Origin: Aliivibrio fischeri ES114
GTDB lineage: Bacteria > Pseudomonadota > Gammaproteobacteria > Enterobacterales > Vibrionaceae
Assembly: GCF_000011805.1 (NCBI RefSeq)
Contig: NC_006840.2
Length of the DNA stretch: 32,000 bases
Direction: 5' to 3' (one strand)
Under the pieces are notes generated by a model. That model saw only the letters and a program-made list of their open reading frames with translations. It was not told the origin of the DNA and did no database searches. The translations under genes and the position numbers were made by a program. The first letter of the stretch is position 1, and every line of letters starts with the position of its first letter. Shown piece by piece: positions 19,472-27,736 of the stretch.

Positions 19472-19591
19472 ATCACACGCAACACGGTTTGCCATTGTTG
19501 GTTGATCCCAAGCACCGCATAAATCCTTTGAATTATTTGGCGTACGAGTAAACTGACGACACTGTCCGCATTTATAAATTTTCCCATCCAT
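19472..19591 (-). CDS. Unlisted small cysteine-rich ORF (39 aa): MDGKIYKCGQCRQFTRTPNNSKDLCGAWDQPNNGKPCCV
   Basis: Hand-translated and below the ORF-track size cutoff. ATG preceded by GGATGAGGA 7-8 nt upstream. Five Cys, including CxxC and a terminal CC. It lies 53 nt upstream of the GNAT operon. Confidence 0.4.
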
Positions 19592-19622
19592 TAGGTTATC
19601 CTCATCCCTGATTAGTTAGGCT

Positions 19623-19958
19623 TTAGGCTTTCTTTACAAACTGAGCCGTCACCATCATTTCGCCAACACCATCAACCTTACAATCTAATTGATGATCTTT
19701 TCCATCAACAATACGTTTGATAATCGCTTTTGTTCCCACTTTAATCACTAAAGAGCTGCCTTTAACTTTTAAATCTTTAGCTACCGTTATCTTATCGCCT
19801 TCTTCCAACAACGTACCGTTAGCGTCTTTGACGATCACCTTCTCTTCCATAAGTGCTTCTTCAGGGTTCCATTCATGAGCACACTCAGGGCAGATAAGAT
19901 GGTTTTGATCTGGATAAACAAATTCAGAGTTACATACAGGGCAAGGAGGAAGAGACAT
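19623..19958 (-). CDS. yjdM: YjdM/PhnA zinc-ribbon protein
   Basis: 111 aa with an N-terminal CPxC...CPxC zinc ribbon (PPCPVCNSEF...LICPECAHEW) and the conserved C-terminal SH3-like domain (KVKGSS..IKVGTK...IRLV-like). Confidence 0.9.
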   Translation of the reverse strand: MSLPPCPVCNSEFVYPDQNHLICPECAHEWNPEEALMEEKVIVKDANGTLLEEGDKITVAKDLKVKGSSLVIKVGTKAIIKRIVDGKDHQLDCKVDGVGEMMVTAQFVKKA

Positions 19959-20053
19959 ATTGGATTACTTCTTAGTTAATGAACGTAATCTATATAGTAA
20001 TAGGTCTATATAAAGAATGAAATGCCTTCATGAAGATCATTAAACCGCAAATA

Positions 20054-20082
20054 CAAAAACGCCCCATTCAAGATGAGGCGTT
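20054..20082 (-). terminator. Rho-independent terminator
   Basis: AACGCC pairs with GGCGTT, followed on the minus strand by TTTTTG, just downstream of the 20100 stop. Confidence 0.5.
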
Positions 20083-20099
20083 AATATTTAAAACGGCTT

Positions 20100-21131
20100 T
20101 TACGCTAATTGTTTTAGCTTATGCTCAACTAATGGATCATCTGGCACTAATAATTGCGCCATTTCTAAAAGCTGAATGGCATCTTTTGGATGCTCATCTT
20201 TGTGCTTAAGTGCGATATCAATTAAAGGCTGAACATCTATCTGCGCTTGATGCTCTTGTACGTGCGCTTCTTTCTCACCAATAACAATATTATGTGCTTT
20301 ACTCAATAACCCCAGACGGTGCTCAGAGCTTGAGTTCGCTTTATTAAGGCGTTTGTAATAATCTTCTTTAAAACGTAACGTTTTAGTTTGCTGACGAAAT
20401 TGAGCAATATCAACCTTTTGATGGCGCATAAAATCAACCGCCACCTGCTTATAAAAACCGAATTTATTAAGATAAGTAGCGTGAGTACCATGTCCCATAC
20501 CAAACACACGTAAATGCGTCAGCTCAGGATAACGTTTAGCGTGCAAACGATCGATGCGGTTTGTTGGGTCATAAATGATATAGCCCTTCGCTTTTCCTAA
20601 ATCAAGATCGTGATAATCGCCTTCCCAATCAAACTTCTGTGCAATTTCAGTGCTTGATCTGTCATCCCATGGCGCAATATTTTGGTTTTTCGTACTAACA
20701 GGATGAAACAACAAAACTTGGTCAAGTTGCAACAAATTAGCAAATGCACCAATAGCGAATCCACCACGACTTAATCCATACCCTAAACGATAAGTAAATG
20801 GTTCAAGCAAGGTAGATAATTGCTCTAAAAAGAAGATTAAGTTTCGACTACGGAACCAGTTACTTTGGCCCAGGTGCTGAAATGAAATCACATTCACGTC
20901 TTGTTTTCGTGCTAAATGATAGCCCCACGGCGCATAATCTTCATGAAGGTCTTGCTCTTTTAAGTTGGTTCCCGCAGGAGAAAACGTAAACAGTAGTGGC
21001 TTGTCCAAATCAACAAACTCATACTTAACAAACACATCGTCAAGTAAATCGCTGCCCGTCATCGGAAGTCGCGCTTGTTGTTGTGAACGTGAGTTGGTTA
21101 ACCACTCATCTAACCAATACAGTAATTTCAT
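20100..21131 (-). CDS. Hypothetical protein, alpha/beta-hydrolase-like core with a helical C-terminal tail
   Basis: 343 aa. A G-x-S-x-G nucleophile-elbow candidate (GYGLSRGGFA) follows a beta-strand, and a later GMGHGTH segment is present. No specific family recognised. Confidence 0.55.
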   Translation of the reverse strand: MKLLYWLDEWLTNSRSQQQARLPMTGSDLLDDVFVKYEFVDLDKPLLFTFSPAGTNLKEQDLHEDYAPWGYHLARKQDVNVISFQHLGQSNWFRSRNLIFFLEQLSTLLEPFTYRLGYGLSRGGFAIGAFANLLQLDQVLLFHPVSTKNQNIAPWDDRSSTEIAQKFDWEGDYHDLDLGKAKGYIIYDPTNRIDRLHAKRYPELTHLRVFGMGHGTHATYLNKFGFYKQVAVDFMRHQKVDIAQFRQQTKTLRFKEDYYKRLNKANSSSEHRLGLLSKAHNIVIGEKEAHVQEHQAQIDVQPLIDIALKHKDEHPKDAIQLLEMAQLLVPDDPLVEHKLKQLA

Positions 21132-21249
21132 TTAGCTCTCCTTTAAAACAAGCGCGAGATTGTATCAAAGATAACCGCTGAACGAAAATTTAGTTTGAAC
21201 ACTAATATTTATAACTGGAATGATTTTAATAAACAGTTGATACACAAAA

Positions 21250-21292
21250 ATAAAACAATAGCTTACATCCTCGTGATTTGTGCCGAGGATGT
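21250..21292 (-). terminator. Rho-independent terminator downstream of the subtilase gene
   Basis: A 10-bp stem, TACATCCTCG (21264-21273) with CGAGGATGTA (21283-21292), is followed on the minus strand by a T-rich run. Confidence 0.6.
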
Positions 21293-21323
21293 AAGGGTAT
21301 ATAATTTCAATTTATCAAAAACA

Positions 21324-23066
21324 TTATAACGTAGGTAAAGGCCCCCAATCCAATTCACCACAGAGTGTATCTAAATAACGTTCTGCGGCATAAGCATTTA
21401 CCATACCATAACCAGTCCTGTTATCACGGCCTACTTCGGCAATATCAATTGAGGTTTCGGTTAGCGCTCTACGTACTTGTGCTGCGGTACACGTTGGGTG
21501 ATAACTCCACACTAAGCTAGCAACACCCGCTACATGCGGCGTCGCCATTGAAGTACCACTGTAATACTCATAGTCTTTCCCCTCACTAGTCGAAACTGTG
21601 ACCTCTTTACCTATGTAGCCCAATAACGTCTGACCAAAGGGATGATCAACCGTTACTGAGACAATACGTGCTACATTTTTTTCATCTACAATAGAAGGAT
21701 TCTGTAAGCCTGGTAGTTTAGCGTTACTATACACAATCGCTGCGATTGCCCCAGCATCAGAACACGTTTTAATCAAGCGATTATCTAATGACATTTTATC
21801 CTGTTTTTTAACATGCTGGCGTTCAATCAAACAGATACTGTTCGACATATCACCACATTTGTAAGTGCCGTCAAACAACAAATCACAACGTTTTAAAATA
21901 CCCGTGATTGAACCTGTAACTAGGTCTGAAATGTATTGTTCATCCTTCATTATCCTACGCTTGTATGGCACGATACCACGCTTAAACTGACTAAGACCGT
22001 TTAAACTAATGTCTGAAAGCACACCTTCACCAACTGTAACGGTAGACAAAATTGCCACACCCGGAGCAGCTATTTCAACTTGGTCTGTTATTTGAGAAAA
22101 AGCTGCGTGTTCAAGATTACTATCCACTGCGGCAACCGACATTACGGAATCATAAGAAGCCGGGAAAGAGTAACTAGTATCACCATCATTACCAGCAGCT
22201 GCAATTAATAATACGCCTTTCTCATAGATAGATTGTAGCCCGTTTTTTTCGGTCATTGTCGATTTAGAACCACCTAAACTCATGTTGATAACATTTGCAC
22301 CATTGTCTACACAAGTTTGTACGGCTTTCACCAAATCTGATGAGTAGACCCAACCATTTTCATTCAACGCTTTCACGATGTACAAATTCACTTTTTGATT
22401 TGGCATGATCCCTTTGATACCTTCCGAGTTAGCAATCGCAGAGATCGTACCTGCTACGTGAGTTCCGTGGCTGTTATCTCCCCCAGGATCTGGAACACTC
22501 CAAGGAAAGTCAGAATTAGAATCGGAGACATTAGGCCCTGAAACGCGGTTACCACTCAGATCGTTGTGCTTTATATCGTAACCTGTATCAATGATACACA
22601 CTGTACGGTTACCTGCATTAAAATCATCAACAACCTGAGCCCCAACCACCTCATAGCCCCAAGGTGTAGTTTCACCACTCCATATATCAGGAGAAGCTCT
22701 TCTTAATAAAAAACGGGGTTGGTCAATTTCTACGTATTCCACATCGCTACGATTACGCAATTGCTCCAACTTCAAGTCTCCCATCTCCACACTGTAAATA
22801 GTACTGTTTCCTAACCTTTTCACTTCACGTGCTTTAAGCTTTTCTAAAACTAACTCTTCCGTTACATGCTGGTTTTCACTCATTTCACTCAACTCTGAAA
22901 AACTAGACGCATCTTCTTTAAATTTAACAATATATTTTTTCGGGAAGTTAGATTCGTCGACTTCCCTTAAGGAAGTAACCGCATTAACTTGCATTGAAAA
23001 AATCATAGCTACTACAATGATAGACAATGAAAATAAACTATTTAATTTAGCTGTTATACAATTCAT
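21324..23066 (-). CDS. Secreted subtilisin-like serine protease (peptidase S8) with an inserted PA domain
   Basis: Catalytic triad motifs (IIDTGYD, HGTHVAGT, GTSMATPHVAG). The ATG at 23066 gives a signal peptide (MNCITAKLNSLFSLSIIVVAMIFSMQVNA) and has AGAGGA upstream. The track's 23180 start adds an implausible extension. Confidence 0.9.
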   Translation of the reverse strand: MNCITAKLNSLFSLSIIVVAMIFSMQVNAVTSLREVDESNFPKKYIVKFKEDASSFSELSEMSENQHVTEELVLEKLKAREVKRLGNSTIYSVEMGDLKLEQLRNRSDVEYVEIDQPRFLLRRASPDIWSGETTPWGYEVVGAQVVDDFNAGNRTVCIIDTGYDIKHNDLSGNRVSGPNVSDSNSDFPWSVPDPGGDNSHGTHVAGTISAIANSEGIKGIMPNQKVNLYIVKALNENGWVYSSDLVKAVQTCVDNGANVINMSLGGSKSTMTEKNGLQSIYEKGVLLIAAAGNDGDTSYSFPASYDSVMSVAAVDSNLEHAAFSQITDQVEIAAPGVAILSTVTVGEGVLSDISLNGLSQFKRGIVPYKRRIMKDEQYISDLVTGSITGILKRCDLLFDGTYKCGDMSNSICLIERQHVKKQDKMSLDNRLIKTCSDAGAIAAIVYSNAKLPGLQNPSIVDEKNVARIVSVTVDHPFGQTLLGYIGKEVTVSTSEGKDYEYYSGTSMATPHVAGVASLVWSYHPTCTAAQVRRALTETSIDIAEVGRDNRTGYGMVNAYAAERYLDTLCGELDWGPLPTL

Positions 23067-23083
23067 TTTATTTATTCCTCTTT

Positions 23084-23107
23084 GAAAGCTGATTCGAAAG
23101 CTGATTC
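23084..23107. repeat. Perfect tandem duplication of a 12-mer (GAAAGCTGATTC x2)
   Basis: Read directly: 23084-23095 is identical to 23096-23107. It lies immediately upstream of the subtilase ribosome-binding site. Confidence 0.9.
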
Positions 23108-23477
23108 CTATTGCATCAAAGCAGCTCAAATCTAACTCCTTAAATACACTTGTGACAATAAAGCAACAATGCATCAACACAAGATGTAATAATTTACAGT
23201 AGCGGATTAGTTAAAAAATGTTAGTTAAAGCATTAAAGTCATTATTAAATATAAAGATGTATGCATAGTCTCATGATAATTAGGATAAAATGCTTAATAA
23301 TTGATCATCTTTTTTAAAAAATATGTCATTCAAAACAAAGTCATGTCACCGTCTTTATTTTCATCGATTACGTCACATAACAGCAAAAATACTCTCTCAA
23401 TAATAAGATCTGAGTGTATATTTATACTAATTCTATTGATAAAATAAATAATACTGATTTGTTTTTGATATTCCTGC

Positions 23478-25523
23478 ATGAACCTTAGGCTTTTAACAGC
23501 TTCGCTGATTTCTCTTATTTTAATTATTATTCTTTCTATTACCTTTTTATCTGAAGATGTATCTGTACATTCAACTAAAGAATCACCTTCAATTAAAAAA
23601 GCCATTGAATTAATCCTTAACATTCAATCAGCCCGACGTGGTGAACACCTAGATTATTTAGAGTCTGTTGTCTCTCAACACGCCAGGTTAAAAGCAAACA
23701 AATCAGAAACCTTCTATATAGAATTTCTTAAAGGTTATATCGCCTCTGCAAACAATCAGTTTGATTTGGCTGAAAAGCATTTTAATCATGCTCAACAATA
23801 CATCTACCCTGCACTTCCTTCGCATGTATTGTCTCGTTTTTATTATGAAAGAAGTTATATTGAAATAGAGCAAGATCAATACGAAAGATCGAAACTTAGC
23901 TACCAAAATGCAGAAAATTTATTTAATTCAAATCAAGACTATAGTCGTGCTTTCATTTCGATCTCATTAGGTCGAACGTATGATCTTGCACACGTAGAAC
24001 AAGGCAGTTTACTCAGCATTCAGCAAGCCCAAAAAACGCTCGAATTTGCACAAAAAATCAAATTTCCAGAAATGGAGAACGTTTATTTCATCCTTGGCCT
24101 TTCCTACTGGAACAATAACCAAACCATTCTAGGCATTGATTTTAAATTAAAAGCGTTAAATATTTACATAGAGAAGAAACAGTATAGCGATATCGTTTAC
24201 ACCTTAACGGATATTGGTATCGATTATCTGTTTTTAAAAAACTATGACGAAGCGATTCGCCAATTAACGCAAGCACTTGAATATCAGAATAAAAATAACA
24301 ACACAGAACCAGACGAAGCCTATTACATCGTATACAAACTATATAGTGCTTATCTTCAAATCAACGACATGGAAAATGCAAAGTATTATTTAGATGAAGC
24401 TGCGAGACTCCTAAGAATACAGAAAGACTCCATTGTTAAAGAGAATTTTCAAACAAACCAATTATTGCTAGAAGCTGAATACCTGTCGATTACAGGAAAA
24501 GCGAAAGAAGCACTCATGCTGCTAACTCAAGCTAATGAGCGCCATAAGAATGGACTTTCAAACAGCTTTTATCATTTTGATGTCACCTTATATAACACCT
24601 ATGGCAAGGTATACAATCACTTAGGTTTATATGATGACTCTATCTATCACCACACTTTAGCAAAAAAAGAAATTCAACAACGTAAACTCTTTTATCTAGA
24701 AGATGAAACGTATTTCTACTTATATGATGCTTATCAAAAACAAAAAGACTATCAAAAAGCGGCTTTGTATTTAGCAAAAAGCCACGCAGTAAAAACCAAA
24801 CAGTTGAATGATAATAACCAAGCACAAACGCAGTTTTTACTTCACTCTTTTGATAATAAAAAGAAAGAAAATAGAATTTTACAACTTGAAAGAAACGCCA
24901 GTAAGATCATGTTCTTCTCTGGTTTCCTTCTTTGTATTTTGATCGTTATTGCCGCTTTCGCTCGAATTTTGATGAATAAAAACAAAGAGATCAACGCACT
25001 TAATCTTAAATTACATGATCTTAGTTTAACGGACGGTTTAACAGCAGTACCCAACCGCAGAGCATTAGAACTTCATCTATTAGAGAATAAGCAAGATTTA
25101 ACGGTTCGCTCTGTCATGATGATAGACATTGATTACTTTAAAAAATACAACGACACCTATGGTCATAAAAAAGGTGATGAAGCATTAATCGCCGTCGCTA
25201 AGGCATTAAAAGAAAGCTGTAAAGAAAATGACTTCCTTACAAGATTTGGTGGTGAAGAATTTATTATTGTGATGAAAAATACCAATAAAGCAGAATCAAT
25301 ACAGATGGCCGAAAAAATTCAAGCCTGTATTACTTCTCTATGTATTCCTCACGAGAGTTCTGATGTCTCTTCCTTTATTACGTTGAGTATTGGTATTACT
25401 ACCTACTCTGTTAATAAAGACGATAAAGCAAACAATGAAAAGGCGATCATCGAAGCTGATAAGGCGCTGTACTATTCTAAAAATAAGGGCAGAAACCAGA
25501 GCAATCACTTTTATGATATTTAA
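23478..25523 (+). CDS. Membrane-anchored TPR-repeat sensor diguanylate cyclase (GGDEF domain, GGEEF active site)
   Basis: N-terminal TM helix, ~430-aa TPR-like helical repeats, a second TM (IMFFSGFLLCILIVIAAFA), and a C-terminal GGDEF domain (DGLTAVPNRR...DIDYFKKYNDTYGH..GD...RFGGEEF). Confidence 0.9.
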   Translation: MNLRLLTASLISLILIIILSITFLSEDVSVHSTKESPSIKKAIELILNIQSARRGEHLDYLESVVSQHARLKANKSETFYIEFLKGYIASANNQFDLAEKHFNHAQQYIYPALPSHVLSRFYYERSYIEIEQDQYERSKLSYQNAENLFNSNQDYSRAFISISLGRTYDLAHVEQGSLLSIQQAQKTLEFAQKIKFPEMENVYFILGLSYWNNNQTILGIDFKLKALNIYIEKKQYSDIVYTLTDIGIDYLFLKNYDEAIRQLTQALEYQNKNNNTEPDEAYYIVYKLYSAYLQINDMENAKYYLDEAARLLRIQKDSIVKENFQTNQLLLEAEYLSITGKAKEALMLLTQANERHKNGLSNSFYHFDVTLYNTYGKVYNHLGLYDDSIYHHTLAKKEIQQRKLFYLEDETYFYLYDAYQKQKDYQKAALYLAKSHAVKTKQLNDNNQAQTQFLLHSFDNKKKENRILQLERNASKIMFFSGFLLCILIVIAAFARILMNKNKEINALNLKLHDLSLTDGLTAVPNRRALELHLLENKQDLTVRSVMMIDIDYFKKYNDTYGHKKGDEALIAVAKALKESCKENDFLTRFGGEEFIIVMKNTNKAESIQMAEKIQACITSLCIPHESSDVSSFITLSIGITTYSVNKDDKANNEKAIIEADKALYYSKNKGRNQSNHFYDI

Positions 25524-25531
25524 ATATAATG

Positions 25532-25561
25532 TTTAAAGCCTGTAATTATACAGGCTTTAAA
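25532..25561. terminator. Bidirectional terminator hairpin
   Basis: A 13-bp stem, TTTAAAGCCTGTA (25532-25544) with TACAGGCTTTAAA (25549-25561), lies between convergent genes. Confidence 0.6.
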
Positions 25562-25568
25562 TCGTGCA

Positions 25569-25961
25569 TTATTTAGCAGGAGCAAAGTCTTCTGCAGCTT
25601 GACGGTGCGCCGTGTAAATTGCCTCACCATCACTCTCTGCATCAAAAATTACCGTTACATCAGGTGAGAAAAGAAGCACATCACCCACTTCTGCAACGTA
25701 TTTATTACCAGCAACGTCACGAACAACGATCTTGCCTTTAGTAATTACTTTGTATTCAACTGAATCATAAAAGTATTCAAACTCAACACCCGGAGACATG
25801 GTAAAGTGTCCCATCGTTAATGCGTTGGTGTTATTTGTTACTGCTACTTCTGCCATATCACTTTTTAAGCCTGGCTCATTTAATAATTGGCTAAGATCGT
25901 TCAGTTTAAAGCTACCAGATTTAATCAGCGTGATGCCTGATTTTTCTGTCAATGTTGTCAT
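25569..25961 (-). CDS. Cupin-fold protein (EutQ/DUF861-like)
   Basis: 130 aa from the ATG at 25961, with a beta-barrel pattern (YEY...GDVLLFSPDV). The track start at 26012 adds 17 aa with no ribosome-binding site. Confidence 0.65.
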   Translation of the reverse strand: MTTLTEKSGITLIKSGSFKLNDLSQLLNEPGLKSDMAEVAVTNNTNALTMGHFTMSPGVEFEYFYDSVEYKVITKGKIVVRDVAGNKYVAEVGDVLLFSPDVTVIFDAESDGEAIYTAHRQAAEDFAPAK

Positions 25962-26254
25962 ATTAATATTCTCTTTGTAATTATATCCAAACTTTACATA
26001 CCAGTAGGCCACTGATATTTAAAAGGTAATACCCTAAGGCATGGAAAAGAGTTTAACTATATTTAAAACACGAACAATATGACCAAAACGTAAAACATTC
26101 TTACGTAACCTGTTGTAATGACAAAGATAAGCTCAGAATACGAAAATGATGGCTAAACGAGCGATGTTTTGAGATTAAAAGCACTCACAATACCGCAAAT
26201 ACACAAAACACTTTTACAGTATTGATAGTAATGTTTTAGCTTCATTTTAAATAT

Positions 26255-26292
26255 AAAAAGCCGAACAAGTTACCCTGCTCGGCATTTTGAAT
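26255..26292. repeat. Left copy of a ~38-bp direct repeat; terminator-like hairpin (CCGAACA-AGTTACCC-TGCTCGG) with A/T runs
   Basis: AAAAAGCCGAACAAGTTACCCTGCTCGGCATTTTGAAT. It is nearly identical to 31811-31847 and sits downstream of the Nudix gene stop. Confidence 0.75.
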
Positions 26293-26316
26293 GCATTTCA
26301 GCAATAGAGTTTCTAC

Positions 26317-26769
26317 TTAGCTAATATCTACCCGATAAAGCGCATTAACGGGCTTTTCTACAAAATACGACCACACATGCTTAAACACTGCATGCTGATT
26401 TGGAAATGGAGCCAACTCCAGCGCTTCTTCTAAACTACACCACTTATATTCGGTATGTTCTTCATTTAGAACCACCTCTTGCTGTGGTGGACACATCACA
26501 ACAAAAACAGGGATGAGTTGAATAACATTAACACTGGCTTCGTAAAATTGTTCTAGATACTGAGCATTGTATAAATTTAAAACGTCAATTTGAGTCTCTT
26601 CCTTAAGCTCACGAACGATTGCATCAATGCCCGTTTCACCCTGTTCAATTGAGCCAGCAACATGACACCAAAAGCCACCCTTTACTCTTTTCATGAGTAG
26701 CATTTTAACTTCGCCATCAATTTTTGATAACGCCACGCCAGACACGACAGATGAACTTAGTGGGATCAT
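26317..26769 (-). CDS. NUDIX hydrolase
   Basis: Nudix box GSIEQGETGIDAIVRELKEETQI (G-x5-E-x7-REUxEExGU). GAGGT Shine-Dalgarno. Confidence 0.85.
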   Translation of the reverse strand: MIPLSSSVVSGVALSKIDGEVKMLLMKRVKGGFWCHVAGSIEQGETGIDAIVRELKEETQIDVLNLYNAQYLEQFYEASVNVIQLIPVFVVMCPPQQEVVLNEEHTEYKWCSLEEALELAPFPNQHAVFKHVWSYFVEKPVNALYRVDIS

Positions 26770-26805
26770 ATTTACCTCGAACTTAAAATGGTGAACAACA
26801 CAAGC

Positions 26806-26940
26806 CTATTTATCTTTTTCTTTGTTTTGTAAATATTCGGCATATTTTTTAGAAATAAACTTGTGTATATGAAGCCCTGTTTTACGAAGTAAATACCAAT
26901 CTATCGCAATTAATATGAGTAAACCTATTACCGTTCCCAT
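26806..26940 (-). CDS. Small single-pass membrane protein (44 aa)
   Basis: The ATG at 26940 is preceded by AAGGAGGG at optimal spacing. It encodes one TM helix (VIGLLILIAIDWYLL) and a basic tail. The track start at 27003 lacks a ribosome-binding site. Confidence 0.5.
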   Translation of the reverse strand: MGTVIGLLILIAIDWYLLRKTGLHIHKFISKKYAEYLQNKEKDK

Positions 26941-27096
26941 TTGAAACCCTCCTTGAACATAGAACCATAACTCTACCAAACCATTGGTAAAATTTATAAA
27001 CATGAAGGCGATTTATGCTAAGTAGCTATGATTTCAGGTAAGTTTAGTCTATTGAGGGAGAATGCTCGTTTGAAGTAGAGAGAAAAGATGCCGCTG

Positions 27097-27171
27097 CCAC
27101 GTTAAAAACTAAATGCAACGCATAGTAAAAATGCCATGCGTTGCGAATTACTTTTAAACAGATTGCTATAG
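27097..27171 (-). repeat. attC-like repeat R1 (degenerate copy)
   Basis: It aligns over ~75 bp with R2 and R3. The central stem is GCAACGCAT...ATGCGTTGC. The antitoxin stop codon (27166-27168) lies inside its gene-proximal end. The gene-proximal box reads CTATAGC rather than an ...AAC box. Confidence 0.5.
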
Positions 27172-27480
27172 TTCAGCGATGTGCGACAGAGTTTCGGGGT
27201 GGCGCTGAACCAACTTTAGAAGAGTAACAGCTTGCCCATTAGGTGCGCTGCGCCCCTGCTCCCAGTTTTCTAATGTACGTGATGATGTATGCAGTAAACG
27301 AGCGAATACACCACGAGACATATTGAATTGCTCACGAATACTCACAATTTCATCAGGCGAGATATCTAACTCACTGATGTCATTAACTTGGTGAGTTTTC
27401 AGGGTTACTTTACCCTCTGAATGCTCTTTAGCTTCAACAAGTGCTGAACTTAATTCAGTAAATAAGTCACGATTGCTCAT
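27166..27480 (-). CDS. HigA-2/COG2944-like XRE-HTH antitoxin (104 aa), no cognate toxin gene
   Basis: The N-terminal region MSNRDLFTELSSALVEAKEHSEGKVTLKTH is followed by an HTH (MSRGVFARLLHTSSRTLENWEQGRSAPNGQAVTLLKLV). The ATG at 27480 is preceded by GGAGG. The track's upstream extension to 27579 is a TTG read-through. Confidence 0.7.
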   Translation of the reverse strand: MSNRDLFTELSSALVEAKEHSEGKVTLKTHQVNDISELDISPDEIVSIREQFNMSRGVFARLLHTSSRTLENWEQGRSAPNGQAVTLLKLVQRHPETLSHIAEL

Positions 27481-27550
27481 TGCGCCACGCCTCCATAAAA
27501 GCTTAAACTCATTATCACTGGGGTATTCTTTCGATACTTTCCAGATACAA

Positions 27551-27579
27551 AGTATACGCAAGTAACGTACAGATAGCAA
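27551..27579 (-). promoter_or_regulatory. Candidate sigma70 promoter for the antitoxin gene (TTGCTA-17 nt-TATACT), flanked by ACGTA/TACGT palindromes
   Basis: Read on the minus strand: the -35 TTGCTA is at 27579-27574 and the -10 TATACT at 27556-27551. TACGTTAATCACGTA and GTACGTTACTTGCGTATAC half-palindromes overlap it. Confidence 0.3.
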
Positions 27580-27650
27580 AACTATACGTGATTAACGTAG
27601 TTATGAGTTTTGGGTCGGTAAATCTGACCTGAGCTATCGTCGCATTAAGT

Positions 27651-27736
27651 TGTAAACAACGCCTCCTTAAGCACTAAACGCAACGCATAGTAAAAATTCC
27701 ACGCGTTGCGAATCACTCTTAAACAAATTGTTAAAT
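27651..27736 (-). repeat. attC-like repeat R2
   Basis: In gene orientation it begins with ATTTAAC (fits RYYYAAC) directly after the TAA of the 462-aa ORF. The central stem is CGCAACGC...GCGTTGCG, with TTAAG/CTTAA and AACAA/TTGTT flank pairings. It ends in CGTTGTTTACA, a box shared with R3. Confidence 0.55.

Noticed and set aside
23067-23180. Upstream extension of the subtilase ORF to 23180 (618 aa)
   Set aside because: The extension precedes a textbook signal peptide that begins at the ATG at 23066, which has a good ribosome-binding site. The extension also reads through the tandem 12-mer repeat.
23330-23623. 97-aa minus-strand ORF spanning the diguanylate cyclase start
   Set aside because: It overlaps the DGC N-terminus antisense, lies in very A+T-rich DNA, has no Shine-Dalgarno sequence, and gives an Ile/Lys-rich translation typical of random A+T-rich frames.
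26013-26254. Possible plus-strand sRNA ending at the 26255-26292 hairpin
   Set aside because: I saw no promoter or conserved structure, and only ORFs of 13 codons or fewer. The hairpin is adequately explained as the minus-strand Nudix terminator.
27481-27660. Possible degraded higB-like toxin remnant upstream of the antitoxin
   Set aside because: Only short, frame-switching resemblances to a HigB-2-type C-terminus could be imagined, and the region also hosts a plausible promoter. The evidence is insufficient to call a pseudogene, so it is mentioned only under the antitoxin finding.
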